64,000 bases of DNA from a candidate division WOR-3 bacterium (GTDB lineage Bacteria; Hydrothermota; Hydrothermia; B15-G9; WFZT01). Every line of letters begins with the position of its first letter. Position 1 is the first letter of the stretch. Under the pieces are notes generated by a model, which worked only from the letters and a program-made list of their open reading frames with translations, ran no database searches and had not been told where the DNA came from. Below are positions 29,650 through 40,085 of this stretch, piece after piece. The stretch covers positions 1 to 64,000 of the forward strand of contig JALUEE010000086.1 in NCBI GenBank assembly GCA_027053075.1. Reading direction: 5' to 3'. The translations under genes and the position numbers were made by a program.

Positions 29650-31353
29650 TTACCTCAGGATAACCAGCTTTGTGAGTAAGTTCGCCTCGGAAGATTTAAC
29701 CCGTACAAAATAAACTCCCATTGGAAGGTTACCGACATGTAACCTACTTAATGTTCCATTCACTTCTTTCGCCACTAACCTTCTTCCATCGATAGAATAC
29801 AACTCCACCATGAAACTTCCCATTATCCTGGAATTAAAGTACAGAGAGCCTTCACGATAGTTAACTCTCAAGTTGTTTATATTTGTATTGTAAACGTAGT
29901 ATGTATTATCGAACCCCGCTTTTTTGATCAAAGGCCTCGCTTCATAATCGGATTTATAGTGAATGTCAAAAATGTGGCCATTTATTTTGCCATTTACCGT
30001 TACAGCTGCAATTTTAATCACTCCTTTTCCAATACTATAGTCGTAAATTAAGTCCGCAGGAGCACCCGAAGCCTTAGTTATTCCCGTGATTGTTACAGAT
30101 GGATTATATTTTATTTCTACCGTAAATCCGTGAGCTAAACTTTTCACGTATACTTTGGAAACGGTTCTTCCAGGGGTAAAGTCTTCTACTTTCACAACGG
30201 GTGCTTCACTGGAATTTCCTTTCTTGGCGTAGTTCCCATCCACATCTCCCAATAAGTAACCGGTGAAATCTGCATTCGTTACATTAGAAGTAAGATCATT
30301 GTAATCTTTCCAGTATGGATAGAAGAACCAAAATCCTGTGTAATTATCGGCAACGTGGTCAGGTCTTCCAACAAGGTATGCAAGAATCGATCTTACATCA
30401 TTTTCGTTCAGGTTGTTTTCACCCACTCCCTGATTAGGGACATCATAAGGACTGTGAGCAAAATGACTGTCCCCCTGCTGTGTATTTGCTACTCTTTTCT
30501 GATTGTCACTTAAAGAACCACCGCCCGCCAGAGTGTGAGCTACAAGATACGCGTCGTAAACGCTTATAGCAGAGTTAAAAAGACCACTGTCTTTTTCGAC
30601 ATAAACAGTATAGTCGTACCCCTGATTCAATCCAGAAAATAAAAATGTTCCATCACTTTCAGTGGTATCTACCGCAGAACCTATATTGCCACCTTCGAGA
30701 TAAACATACGCCTCAGCAATGTGGTGCCCATTCCATGTATCCACATGTCCCAATAATGATACTGGTTGAGGACTCTGGACATGAATTGTCTTAGTAAGAT
30801 CAGAACTTCCTAACAGTTGACCGTTATTATCGTATGCTTTTACACGGATGTGTAGATTTGTCTGTACCCCATCTGTCCATCCGAGCTGAAGGAAAAAGTA
30901 AACTACCAATGGGTTGGCATCATTGGTACCAGAAGAGAAACTACCGCCTGTAACTGCATAAACACGCGCATCTACTGGTGGAAATCCGCCAAGATTTCCA
31001 AATTGATCCCAGAAAGATGTGTCCACATACGCACCAGCAGCAGGGAACATCCACCTATTTGGATCTGAAGGAATTAGATTATCGTACCAGTCCCGTGCCT
31101 GACCATGCCACATGATATGCGGATAATCTTCACCGTTATAAAAATAAGCAACATCTCCGTCATCGACGTACAGCGAGCAAACAACCGATACGACGTTGTC
31201 ACTGGAGTTAAGTCCTGTCCAGATAATGGAGTCCACCATCACAGAGCCAGGAGGCCCTGTTATGTCCCCGGAGGAAATTGTTCCGGGGAATGCACCATAC
31301 ATTGTCCCCAGTAAGAATACCAGGGATGCAACCACCACTTTGTTGGCCTTCAT
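29650..31353 (-). CDS. Secreted multidomain protein with dockerin-like helices and T9SS-like tail
   Basis: Signal peptide; TTESDGTFLFSGL Ig-like module; ISVYDAYLVAHTLAG and LNENDVRSILAYLVG; LLGDVDGN; LYSIDGRRL...LPMGVYFVRV...KLVILR. Confidence 0.65.
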   Translation of the reverse strand: MKANKVVVASLVFLLGTMYGAFPGTISSGDITGPPGSVMVDSIIWTGLNSSDNVVSVVCSLYVDDGDVAYFYNGEDYPHIMWHGQARDWYDNLIPSDPNRWMFPAAGAYVDTSFWDQFGNLGGFPPVDARVYAVTGGSFSSGTNDANPLVVYFFLQLGWTDGVQTNLHIRVKAYDNNGQLLGSSDLTKTIHVQSPQPVSLLGHVDTWNGHHIAEAYVYLEGGNIGSAVDTTESDGTFLFSGLNQGYDYTVYVEKDSGLFNSAISVYDAYLVAHTLAGGGSLSDNQKRVANTQQGDSHFAHSPYDVPNQGVGENNLNENDVRSILAYLVGRPDHVADNYTGFWFFYPYWKDYNDLTSNVTNADFTGYLLGDVDGNYAKKGNSSEAPVVKVEDFTPGRTVSKVYVKSLAHGFTVEIKYNPSVTITGITKASGAPADLIYDYSIGKGVIKIAAVTVNGKINGHIFDIHYKSDYEARPLIKKAGFDNTYYVYNTNINNLRVNYREGSLYFNSRIMGSFMVELYSIDGRRLVAKEVNGTLSRLHVGNLPMGVYFVRVKSSEANLLTKLVILR

Positions 31354-31639
31354 TTTTACCCCCTTTTTGTCCTTTCGGGCAGTTTATTTTCGATATTTTT
31401 AACTTATAATTCTTCAACCGTTAAATGTCAAGTACTTTTAGCCTTCGTTCAAAAATGTTTAAATCACTGTATTTTCCAGGGGAAATTTTCCACATTTGTT
31501 AGACCGTGGACTAAATTTTACCGTATAAAAAACGGCCCTAATGACTGACTATTTCCATTTTTAAAAAGTCATAGTAAGGTGAGAGGGGTTCCGTTTAAAG
31601 CTAATAATTTGAGGTTTTCCAAACATGCTTTGAGGTACT

Positions 31640-31764
31640 GAGCCTGTTCTAAAAATCTCAAATCCATTAATTTTTGTTGAAAAATTTGCCCCCCACCTAT
31701 TTCCTCCCCCCACGCACTTTGTGCGTGGGGGGAGGTTAGGAAGGGGGAATTTTCGAATACACTC
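31640..31764. mobile_element. MITE copy B (125 bp)
   Basis: GAGCCTGTTC...GAATACACTC TIRs; flanks TGAGGTACT / TGAGGCACT (8/9); colinear with copy A. Confidence 0.85.
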
Positions 31765-31772
31765 TGAGGCAC

Positions 31773-31801
31773 TTGATTATGAGTAGTTGCTAAATTAAAC
31801 T
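31773..31801 (+). promoter_or_regulatory. Sigma70-type promoter
   Basis: TTGATT-17 nt-TAAACT, 8 nt before ATG 31810. Confidence 0.55.
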
Positions 31802-31809
31802 GTTTCAGC

Positions 31810-34380
31810 ATGTTTTTCTTCATTCTTATCCTCACTGCCCTCAACTCTCAAAATGGCTGGTATTATCTCTACACCATTGAACCAGATTCTACAGAGCAGA
31901 GCGTATATAATCCGGAAATTGATAGCAGTCAGATTAAATTATATGGTGAGAAAAGAATTTCTGTGAGCACCAGCTCTGACGGTGGCTTCAAGGTCTATCA
32001 GGACCTGAGCCTCTCCATTGGTGGAAAATTGGGGAAATACGGTGAAATAAACGGAATCATCAATGACAACAGTGACACCCACCTGGGGTTTGTATCCAAG
32101 AACCTTGCGGGATACAGTGAGGTTTATCTCAAATACACCTATAAAAATTTCACATCCAGATTTGGAAGGCTTGAATTTGACGCACCTGGGATCTCAACTC
32201 CTTTGCTTGGTGGAGCGATTTCGCTGGGAGTGAAGGGTGTGGCCGGGGATTTCGCCGCAGGCGAAATCCCCGGCCACACAAAATCCGTTTCCTTCACCGA
32301 TATCACCAACCCCAATATCCCCCTCAAAATTACCTCGAAAGGCGAGTATATCGTCGAAAACACCGAAAGGGTCTTCCTCAATTCGCGTTCCCTCAAACGA
32401 GGTGAGGATTATAGCATTGATTACACAGCCGGAATAATTTACCTCCTGCCCGGACTCACCATCACACCTGAAGATGTGCTAAGGGTTCAATTCATTTCCA
32501 CAGGCTCTCTTGGTAAGAGGACGCTAAAAAACGCAGGAATCAGATTTTCTGCATCGGGGCTCCGCGGGCGTATGCTTTTTACGGAAACTTCAGATGATGC
32601 CCTATACTGGGAGCGTGTGCTGGGCAGGGATGCCCTCTCAATATTGAAAAATTCAACTGGTCTTGCAAAGATTCCCGGATGGAAATACGTGGGGAGTGGA
32701 AACGGAGACTATACCCGCGAGGACAGCATTTTCGTATATGAAGGGCATAATCAGGGGGATTACACTGTCAACTTTTCCTTTGTCGGAAATGGAAAAGGTG
32801 AATACGAATTCAACGATGCGGGCGGTTACTTTGAATTTGTCGGGACAGGTGGAAGCTACACACCCTATATTTTCATTGAGACACCTGCGAGAGAAAGAAG
32901 GTTTTACGGTGAACTCAGGGCAGAGAAAAATGGATTTTTTACTGAGAATGTGCTCCGGGCTTCAGAAAATACTCCAAACATTTTTAACTCATCTGGATTA
33001 AAGAGAGACTTTAGTGGAATATGGAGTGCTGGCTTTAAAAATTCATGGTTTTATGCGGATTTTAGGTATTTCAGAGAAATTGATTCCCTCTGGATGTTCA
33101 ACCGGGATAATCTCCACGGTGATGGATATTCAATCGGGGCAAAATTTGGAAGATTAGGAGCGATTAAACCTGAATTTTTCTACGCTCGTATGGGTGAAAA
33201 TTTTCTTGGAAGATTAAGAATCTCGGGCACTTTTATTACTGATTACTCTCTTTCAGTGTGTGTGACCGATACGGATAAAATCTACAATGGCGAGGTGGGC
33301 TATGAAATTGGGACAGGCAGGATTTCTCTTGGCTATGAAAAATACGAGGGCAGGTCCCGGAGTTATCAGGAGATTAAAAGTGGATTTTCCTATCAAAATT
33401 TCTTTCAACTGGATTTCAGCGAGAGGCTGAGGAGTGGGGGGACAGACAACATCCTGTCCATTGGCTTAGAGCGCGGCAACACGAGCCTCTCGTACCGAAT
33501 GGTCAGAGTAGGGGAGAGGGACAGAGATTCGCTTTACCACGCACTTTATTTCACGAGTGAGGGAATTAATCAGGGAGTTTCGTACTCGCTGAGATTACTT
33601 TACAGGGATGACAGGTATCAGAGTCTGAGCTACCGATTTGTCTATGTAGGGGATGGCAACGGGAGCTTCTCCTACGATTCGACAACGGGCAGTTTTTACA
33701 GAGACCCGCTCGGGAGCTATGAACGGGAAGTTTTGCCCTATTCCACTTCAAAACCCGTGAAGAGCGTCTCGGCTTCCTTTTCCCTGGGATACGGTGTGAT
33801 TAGCGTTGACCTATCGGGTGATTCGAGATTTTCAGATATGCGAAACCCTTTGATTTTTAGGGGAAATTTTAACCTTCGGGCGAGTCCGGGCAGATGGTTT
33901 TTAATCTATTCACGAAATGAAAACCTCTGGTCAGATGGGCGGGAGAGTTACCAGATGGCGGATATTTCGCGGAAAATGAAGATCACAGTGGGAGCCTCGT
34001 ACGAGGACTCAAAGGAATTTATAGGATTTATCCGCAGGCGATACAGGATTTATACGAAGTCGGGGCTCGGAAAAGACCTTTTGCTCACCACAGGTGTTTT
34101 TTACCGCAATCTGATTTTTAAAAAGATTTACAGCTCACCTGGCTTTAACCTTGACCTTGAATTCAAAAAGGGCATCGGAGACCTTGAGCTTGGGCTCAAC
34201 GCTGGCATTTCTTATTCAAAAAAATCGCCTCTTGTAGAAAGTGGGATGATAGGAAATTATCGGCTGGTACTTTCGCGGGAGATTTCCTCAAAAACCATCC
34301 TGAGTGGTGAGATTTATGGTAGAGTTTCAGAGGGCAGAAACGTTTACAATGCCAGGGCCACGGTTTCATTTGAGTTTTGA
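31810..34380 (+). CDS. Large hypothetical outer-membrane protein
   Basis: Hydrophobic N-terminus, amphipathic strands, terminal Phe; repeated [YF]VG-x-G-x-G-x-[YF] units. Confidence 0.65.
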   Translation: MFFFILILTALNSQNGWYYLYTIEPDSTEQSVYNPEIDSSQIKLYGEKRISVSTSSDGGFKVYQDLSLSIGGKLGKYGEINGIINDNSDTHLGFVSKNLAGYSEVYLKYTYKNFTSRFGRLEFDAPGISTPLLGGAISLGVKGVAGDFAAGEIPGHTKSVSFTDITNPNIPLKITSKGEYIVENTERVFLNSRSLKRGEDYSIDYTAGIIYLLPGLTITPEDVLRVQFISTGSLGKRTLKNAGIRFSASGLRGRMLFTETSDDALYWERVLGRDALSILKNSTGLAKIPGWKYVGSGNGDYTREDSIFVYEGHNQGDYTVNFSFVGNGKGEYEFNDAGGYFEFVGTGGSYTPYIFIETPARERRFYGELRAEKNGFFTENVLRASENTPNIFNSSGLKRDFSGIWSAGFKNSWFYADFRYFREIDSLWMFNRDNLHGDGYSIGAKFGRLGAIKPEFFYARMGENFLGRLRISGTFITDYSLSVCVTDTDKIYNGEVGYEIGTGRISLGYEKYEGRSRSYQEIKSGFSYQNFFQLDFSERLRSGGTDNILSIGLERGNTSLSYRMVRVGERDRDSLYHALYFTSEGINQGVSYSLRLLYRDDRYQSLSYRFVYVGDGNGSFSYDSTTGSFYRDPLGSYEREVLPYSTSKPVKSVSASFSLGYGVISVDLSGDSRFSDMRNPLIFRGNFNLRASPGRWFLIYSRNENLWSDGRESYQMADISRKMKITVGASYEDSKEFIGFIRRRYRIYTKSGLGKDLLLTTGVFYRNLIFKKIYSSPGFNLDLEFKKGIGDLELGLNAGISYSKKSPLVESGMIGNYRLVLSREISSKTILSGEIYGRVSEGRNVYNARATVSFEF

Positions 34381-35379
34381 TAGAAATTCTTTAAATTTCA
34401 CGAAAACCTCTCTTGCCCCGAGTTTATGTATGCAATCAAAAGTGCCCAGTGGGCATTTTTTCTTCCAGCAGGGCTGGCATGGTAGGCCTTTCCATGCGTA
34501 AGCGTGTTTTTCACCTGGTGGAGTCCAGGCCTCCGGCAGTTCTGTGAAAAAGAGGCTGAAGGTTGGTGTTCCCTGGCTTATCGCAATATGCTTGGGACCT
34601 GAATCTGAGCCAAAAAATACACCGGCAAGACGCATTAGTGCCCCGAGCTCAAATAGGTTCCTCGTTTGCGGGGCAAGTTTTACATCACCACAATCTAAGA
34701 GATTCTGGAGCTCAGGTGTGGGTCTGCCATCGTTTACGAGTAGCATGGGAAAAGAACATTTTTTGTGAAGGAGCCTAAAAAATTCGCAGAATTTTTCAGG
34801 CTCCCATCTGCGATGCGGCAGGTCAAATCTTATGTGTGAAACCATGAAAAACCCGCTGATCCCTATGGATTTTAATTTTCTCTCCATATCCTCAACAAAA
34901 TGCTCCGGGAAGGGAAACTCCAAGTCTATTGACTGTTTCATGGGGTCAATGCCAAAGGGTCTTAAAAACTCCAGCCTGTGATAGACGGTATAGTGAATCT
35001 TACCAAAGGGAGGAAAGACATGGACGTTGTAAAACTTGGCCCTTTTCTTTTTGTAGATTCCCAGCCGGTATTTTGCTCCTGTTAATCTGGCGGATATTAC
35101 GCTCACGGCGTTGCCCTTCAGGTCTATGAAAACCTCAGGAGAGAGTTTCCTGATTTTTAAAATTTCTCTGAGGGAAAAGTTCGTCTCACTGACCCTTTCA
35201 TTATATCTGAGTATCTGGATTGCAGGCTCCCTTGAGATGTAGATGATTTTAGATTCCGGGTAATGCTCGTTGAGTGACCGTATAAGCGGGGTATCGAGTA
35301 GAGTGTCCCCGATGGCACCGGGCCTGAAAATTACGATAGTTTTTAGAAAAACCTTTTCCAGTTCTTGATAAGATTCCAC
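34366..35379 (-). CDS. Glycosyltransferase family 9 (heptosyltransferase-like)
   Basis: RPGAIGD, DSGPKHIA, C-terminal CQPC..CP..C; start uncertain. Confidence 0.85.
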   Translation of the reverse strand: MESYQELEKVFLKTIVIFRPGAIGDTLLDTPLIRSLNEHYPESKIIYISREPAIQILRYNERVSETNFSLREILKIRKLSPEVFIDLKGNAVSVISARLTGAKYRLGIYKKKRAKFYNVHVFPPFGKIHYTVYHRLEFLRPFGIDPMKQSIDLEFPFPEHFVEDMERKLKSIGISGFFMVSHIRFDLPHRRWEPEKFCEFFRLLHKKCSFPMLLVNDGRPTPELQNLLDCGDVKLAPQTRNLFELGALMRLAGVFFGSDSGPKHIAISQGTPTFSLFFTELPEAWTPPGEKHAYAWKGLPCQPCWKKKCPLGTFDCIHKLGAREVFVKFKEFLSKLK

Positions 35380-36971
35380 AGTGAAGTTGTCTTTTTCAGC
35401 CTGCCAAAGTAAGGCAGGAGTTTCAGCAAATATTTGATTTTTCCGCTTCCGTACATAGCGCGGACAGCGACTCTGGATATATCAAAGACCTCTTTCTCGT
35501 AAGGATACCACCATAGCTGGGAATCTCTTGAATTGAAATCCTCACTCACAAATTTTATGTTGGTGAGCTCGAGCAGGCCAAATCTGCCATGAGTTCTTCC
35601 AATCCCTGAATATTTCACACCTCCCCATGCTCCTTCTGGCTCTCCGAAGCTGAAAACGTGGTCGTTTATGGTGACAGTGCCGGTTTCAATCTTACGCGCG
35701 ATCTCTCTTGCGAGGGATTCGTTTCGAGTCCAGATTGATGCAGTCAGGCCGTATTTCGAGTCGTTAGCAAGCTTAACAGACTCGTCAATTTCTTTAAATT
35801 TCATGATGGGTAACAACGGCCCGAAAGTTTCATCACGCATGGCAAGCATCTCATGGTTTACATTGGTGAGGATTGTCGGCTGTAAGAAGAATCCTTTTTC
35901 ACCGACTCTTTCCCCTCCGTAAACAATTTGAGCCCCTTTCTCCCGGGCGTCTTCAAGGTGAGCTTCCACAAGCATTCTCTGGCCGGATGTTGTCATGGGG
36001 CCGATACTTGTGTCAAATTCCATGGGATTTCCCACCTTTAGGCCCTTTGTGAATTCGACAACACCATCTAAGAAGATGTCATAGATGTCTTCGTGAACAT
36101 AGACACGCTCGATGGATGCGCAGGTCTGGCCCGCGTTCATAAAGGCTCCCCACGCGATTCCCCTGATTGCACGCTCCAGATTCACATCAGGAAGCACAAT
36201 TGCGGGGTCCTTTCCACCGAGCTCGAGGATAACCTTCTTGATCCCCTCTGATGCGAGGGCCATCACCCGTTTACCTGTTTCAACCGAGCCTGTGAAGAGA
36301 ATACCTCTGGTTTGGGGATGTTTTATGATCATTTCACCTATAGATGCCCTGCCTGTGAGTACATTGAGAAGGCCCGCAGGTGCCCCTGCTTCGTGAAATA
36401 GGTTTGCTATGGTCAATCCAATGGCAGGTGTGGTGGATGATGGCTTTAGAACCACTGTATTTCCGACAAAGACTGAGGCGACGACATCAAGAAAGGGGAT
36501 GATAAATGGGTAGTTCCACGGGGAGATTACGGCCATCACTCCAAGTGGTTCAAATGTGTAGTATCCCTTTTTGTCGCGGAAAAGAGCCTGCCAGTATTTG
36601 ATTTTAAAATCTTCTAAATAGACCCTGCCGCGATTTATGTAAAAATCCAGTGCGTCAATTGAGGGAAAGACTTCCACGGTAAATGCTTCGGCAAGGGGCT
36701 TTCCCTGCTCCTGTGCTATTACTTTTGCCACCTCTTCGCTATTTTTGAGAAGGACGCCCTTGACGCGTGATAGAAGCTCGATTCTCTCATCAATTGTAGT
36801 TTCTCTCCAGGATTCGAATGCCTTTGAGGCAGCTAAAAAGGCCTCCTCAACATGGTTCCCATTAACTTCCTGTATTTCCAGGAAAACCTCACCGGTTGCT
36901 GGATTCAGGGATTTGAAGGTTTTCCCGGTTGTAATCCATTTTCCATTTATGTATGGCTGTGTGAGTATCAT
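35343..36971 (-). CDS. Aldehyde dehydrogenase
   Basis: SPWNYP, FTGS, ELGGKD, GQTC, ETFGP. Confidence 0.93.
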   Translation of the reverse strand: MILTQPYINGKWITTGKTFKSLNPATGEVFLEIQEVNGNHVEEAFLAASKAFESWRETTIDERIELLSRVKGVLLKNSEEVAKVIAQEQGKPLAEAFTVEVFPSIDALDFYINRGRVYLEDFKIKYWQALFRDKKGYYTFEPLGVMAVISPWNYPFIIPFLDVVASVFVGNTVVLKPSSTTPAIGLTIANLFHEAGAPAGLLNVLTGRASIGEMIIKHPQTRGILFTGSVETGKRVMALASEGIKKVILELGGKDPAIVLPDVNLERAIRGIAWGAFMNAGQTCASIERVYVHEDIYDIFLDGVVEFTKGLKVGNPMEFDTSIGPMTTSGQRMLVEAHLEDAREKGAQIVYGGERVGEKGFFLQPTILTNVNHEMLAMRDETFGPLLPIMKFKEIDESVKLANDSKYGLTASIWTRNESLAREIARKIETGTVTINDHVFSFGEPEGAWGGVKYSGIGRTHGRFGLLELTNIKFVSEDFNSRDSQLWWYPYEKEVFDISRVAVRAMYGSGKIKYLLKLLPYFGRLKKTTSLWNLIKNWKRFF

Positions 36972-36972
36972 T

Positions 36973-38025
36973 TTAAAAAGTCCTCAAAGCTGGATTTTTG
37001 TAATTTTCAAGGAAAAATTTGACAATGTTGTCAACGTAGGAGGTAAGTGGTGGAACTGTTATACCCAGAGGGCCAAGGTCCTGCTGGGTGTTTGTGGAAT
37101 CGTAGTGTACCTTGTGAATAAAATATGGTGTTGCCTCGTAGGGAACACCAAAGGCCCTTGCAAGTGGTTTAATTTTCAGGAAAGCCTGGACGATGGGGAG
37201 TGGAATTTCACCCACCGGCTCTTTTCCGCGAATCTTAATTGAAAATAGACGGTAGAGCTCGCGGGCTGTGAAGGGGGATGGGTCGGTCAGGTGGTAGGTT
37301 TTGCCGACTGATTTTTCCAGTCCGGTGAGTGCAACTGTGGCTTTGATGATGAAATCCACAGGGACAAGGTTCACCTCGGCCTCTCCTTTCCCAAGGTAGG
37401 GGAGTGGGATAAATCGAGGAACCTTTTTGAAGAATATCATCACGTAGTAGGGGCCATCAAATTTGTCGGTTTCACCGGTTTGAGAGTCTCCGATAACGAT
37501 GCCCGGTCGAACGACAACCGTGGGAATCTGGTCCTTATTCTTCTGGACAATCAGCTCTGCAAGAAACTTAGTGTGCTCGTAGTGATTTTTAAAGGATTGC
37601 TTTTTGTCGAGCTCATCCTCATATACTGTCCCTCGTCTTGTTCCTGATACATAAGCTGTGGAAAAATAGACAAACTTTTCAAGGCCGCTGAGCTTTTTGG
37701 CAAATTCCACAACATTTTTTGTGCCCTCAACGTTTACTCTGTAGGCTGGGTCAAAGGGGACGGTGAGGTCATATATGGCGGCAAGGTGGAAAAGGTGGGT
37801 TATGTCGGATTTGATATCCTTTTTTATTCCGAGGTTTTCCTGTGTAATGTCACCGGGGATGATTTCAAAACGGCTGTCAAAGTTCTCGATCTCTCTTCGG
37901 GCACGCTCGAGCATGCGGGGCTCAACCAGGAGATAGACCCGCTCATAATCAAATTCCTTGACGAGGGCTTTTATCAATCTTTTCCCGATAAACCCCGGAA
38001 AGCCGGTAAAGAACAACGCACCCAT
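36973..38025 (-). CDS. Extended SDR, male-sterility/thioester-reductase type
   Basis: TGFPGFIG, HLAA, STAYV, YEHTK. Confidence 0.85.
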   Translation of the reverse strand: MGALFFTGFPGFIGKRLIKALVKEFDYERVYLLVEPRMLERARREIENFDSRFEIIPGDITQENLGIKKDIKSDITHLFHLAAIYDLTVPFDPAYRVNVEGTKNVVEFAKKLSGLEKFVYFSTAYVSGTRRGTVYEDELDKKQSFKNHYEHTKFLAELIVQKNKDQIPTVVVRPGIVIGDSQTGETDKFDGPYYVMIFFKKVPRFIPLPYLGKGEAEVNLVPVDFIIKATVALTGLEKSVGKTYHLTDPSPFTARELYRLFSIKIRGKEPVGEIPLPIVQAFLKIKPLARAFGVPYEATPYFIHKVHYDSTNTQQDLGPLGITVPPLTSYVDNIVKFFLENYKNPALRTF

Positions 38026-38059
38026 GCTTTTATTATAGGGGTAAGTCAGGGATTTTCCA

Positions 38060-38881
38060 TTATTCTTTCAGCCCACTTCGCGAATAGCTCTCCACAATTT
38101 GCTTCTGGGCTATGAAGAAGAGGATTAGGAGTGGCAGGATCGTAATGGTAGAAGCTGCCATGAGGGCGGGATAGTTTGTGGTCTCACCCTGCGCAAAGTA
38201 CGCGAGTCCCACCTGTATGGGCCTCATTTTATCTGAGTTTGTAACCATCAGGGGCCACATAAAGGCATTCCACGAGCCAATTACATCAAAGATAGCTATG
38301 GTAACGATAGCCGGTCTAACAAGTGGTATCACAACTGAAAATAAAAACCTCAGCTTTGAGCAACCATCTATGATGGCCGCGTCATAAAGGTCTCGCGGGA
38401 TACTTCGCATGTGCTGCCTCAGCAGGAAGATTCCAAAAATATTAACTGTCCAGGGAACGATAAGGGCGTAGAATGTGTCAATCCAACCTAACTTTTGCAC
38501 AATGATGTAGAGGGGGACGACATACACAGGAATTGGAACCATCATCAGGCTGAGCATGGCCAAAAACATCTGCTCTCGACCGGGAAATTCATACCAGGAA
38601 AAGGCGTATGCAGCAAGGAGTGAAGTGATTAAAACCCCGAGTAGTGTGAAAAGAGAGACGATAGTGGAAACATAAATGTACTGTGGGAAGTGAACCTTCT
38701 CCCACACGATTTTAAAGGGCATGGTGGTAAAATGCTGTGGAATCCAGGTCGGTGGCATTCTCAGGGCTTCAGCCTGGGTTTTAAATGAAGTCGAGAGCAT
38801 CCAGAGGAAGGGCAAGAGCATCCATATGGCACCGAAGATGAGAACCGTGTATATGATAGCTTTCTGAAGCTTATACCTCAT
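38060..38881 (-). CDS. Carbohydrate ABC transporter permease (MalG-like)
   Basis: DLYDAAIIDGC EAA loop, WNAFMWP. Confidence 0.92.
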   Translation of the reverse strand: MRYKLQKAIIYTVLIFGAIWMLLPFLWMLSTSFKTQAEALRMPPTWIPQHFTTMPFKIVWEKVHFPQYIYVSTIVSLFTLLGVLITSLLAAYAFSWYEFPGREQMFLAMLSLMMVPIPVYVVPLYIIVQKLGWIDTFYALIVPWTVNIFGIFLLRQHMRSIPRDLYDAAIIDGCSKLRFLFSVVIPLVRPAIVTIAIFDVIGSWNAFMWPLMVTNSDKMRPIQVGLAYFAQGETTNYPALMAASTITILPLLILFFIAQKQIVESYSRSGLKE

Positions 38882-39815
38882 AATACACCTTCTTCTCTAA
38901 ATAGAGTTTCTGGAACAGTGTTATTGCGAGAATCATGAGGAAGAAGACAAAGGCGATGGCCGAGCCGTATCCAACCTGATACTCTTCGAATCCTTTCTGG
39001 TAGAGGTAATATACGATCACGGAGGTGGTGCCAAGTGGCCCTCCCGGTGGTGGGCCTGTCATCGTCCACACAGGGGCAAATACCTGGAAGGAAATGATGG
39101 TTGACATAATCATGACGTAGAAGGTGGTGGGGGAGAGCAGGGGAATGGTCACATTCCTGAAGGTTTGCCACATTCCAGCACCGTCAATTCGCGCTGCCTC
39201 ATAATATACGTCGGGAATATTTTTAAGTCCTGCAAGGAAAATCACCACGTTGTAACCGAGACTCTTCCACACACTCATCAAAACAAGGGAGAAGAGGGCA
39301 AGTGACGGACCTCTGAGGATGTACGGGAGATGAACACCGAAGATCATCTCAAATATTCCCCGTGGCTCTTCAAGCCATTTCAGGGGATGAAACCCCGCAA
39401 GGGTTAGAAAATAGTTGAAGAGCCCGCGATTGGGATCATAAAGCCATTTCCATACAACGGATACGGCGACGATTGATGTAATCACAGGCAGGAAATAAAT
39501 TGTTCTGAAAAGCCCAATAGCCTTAATTCCTCTGTTAAGAAGATAGGCAATGAGGAGAGATATGATGATATTAAGTGGCACTGCGAAGATGGTGTAATAG
39601 ATGGTGTTTATAACAGACTGCCAGAAGAAGGGGTCTTTCAAAAGATAGTAATAATTTTTCAGGCCCACAAATCCTTTGATACCGGCGATTCCCCAGTCGT
39701 AAAAGCTCAGTCTGAAGGCAAAGATGATGGGAAGAACTTTAAAGACGAAGAGAATAATGAAGGCAGGAGAGAGGAGAATAAGTGGAGGTATAAGTTTTTT
39801 AAGAAAACTTTTCAT
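38871..39815 (-). CDS. Carbohydrate ABC transporter permease (MalF-like)
   Basis: FVGLKNY, YYEAARIDGA. Confidence 0.92.
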   Translation of the reverse strand: MKSFLKKLIPPLILLSPAFIILFVFKVLPIIFAFRLSFYDWGIAGIKGFVGLKNYYYLLKDPFFWQSVINTIYYTIFAVPLNIIISLLIAYLLNRGIKAIGLFRTIYFLPVITSIVAVSVVWKWLYDPNRGLFNYFLTLAGFHPLKWLEEPRGIFEMIFGVHLPYILRGPSLALFSLVLMSVWKSLGYNVVIFLAGLKNIPDVYYEAARIDGAGMWQTFRNVTIPLLSPTTFYVMIMSTIISFQVFAPVWTMTGPPPGGPLGTTSVIVYYLYQKGFEEYQVGYGSAIAFVFFLMILAITLFQKLYLEKKVYYEV

Positions 39816-40075
39816 AGCCGATAAAAGACGTACAGGGCTATGATTATAAAGATTACGGTGAGGAGGTTAAAAGCGAAGCTCAGACCGATGGTAAATTTTA
39901 AGACGATAAGGTCAAAGGTGACAGGTGAGAAGCCGATGTGAACAGTATTGAGGACGAGGTCTTTAACAGGGCTATCCGGTAGGGTCTTCATCAGGATATA
40001 TCCGATGATATCGCCTGATACGATTCCAATTATGAGCCCCCATGTTAAGAGGGTATAGCTTTTTCTCCAGACCAT
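39812..40075 (-). CDS. Small membrane protein (DUF4321-like)
   Basis: Real start ATG 40075 (upstream part of the listed ORF overlaps tRNAs); two hydrophobic segments, DLIVLKFTIGL. Confidence 0.7.
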   Translation of the reverse strand: MVWRKSYTLLTWGLIIGIVSGDIIGYILMKTLPDSPVKDLVLNTVHIGFSPVTFDLIVLKFTIGLSFAFNLLTVIFIIIALYVFYRL

Positions 40076-40085
40076 GGTTAATGAA

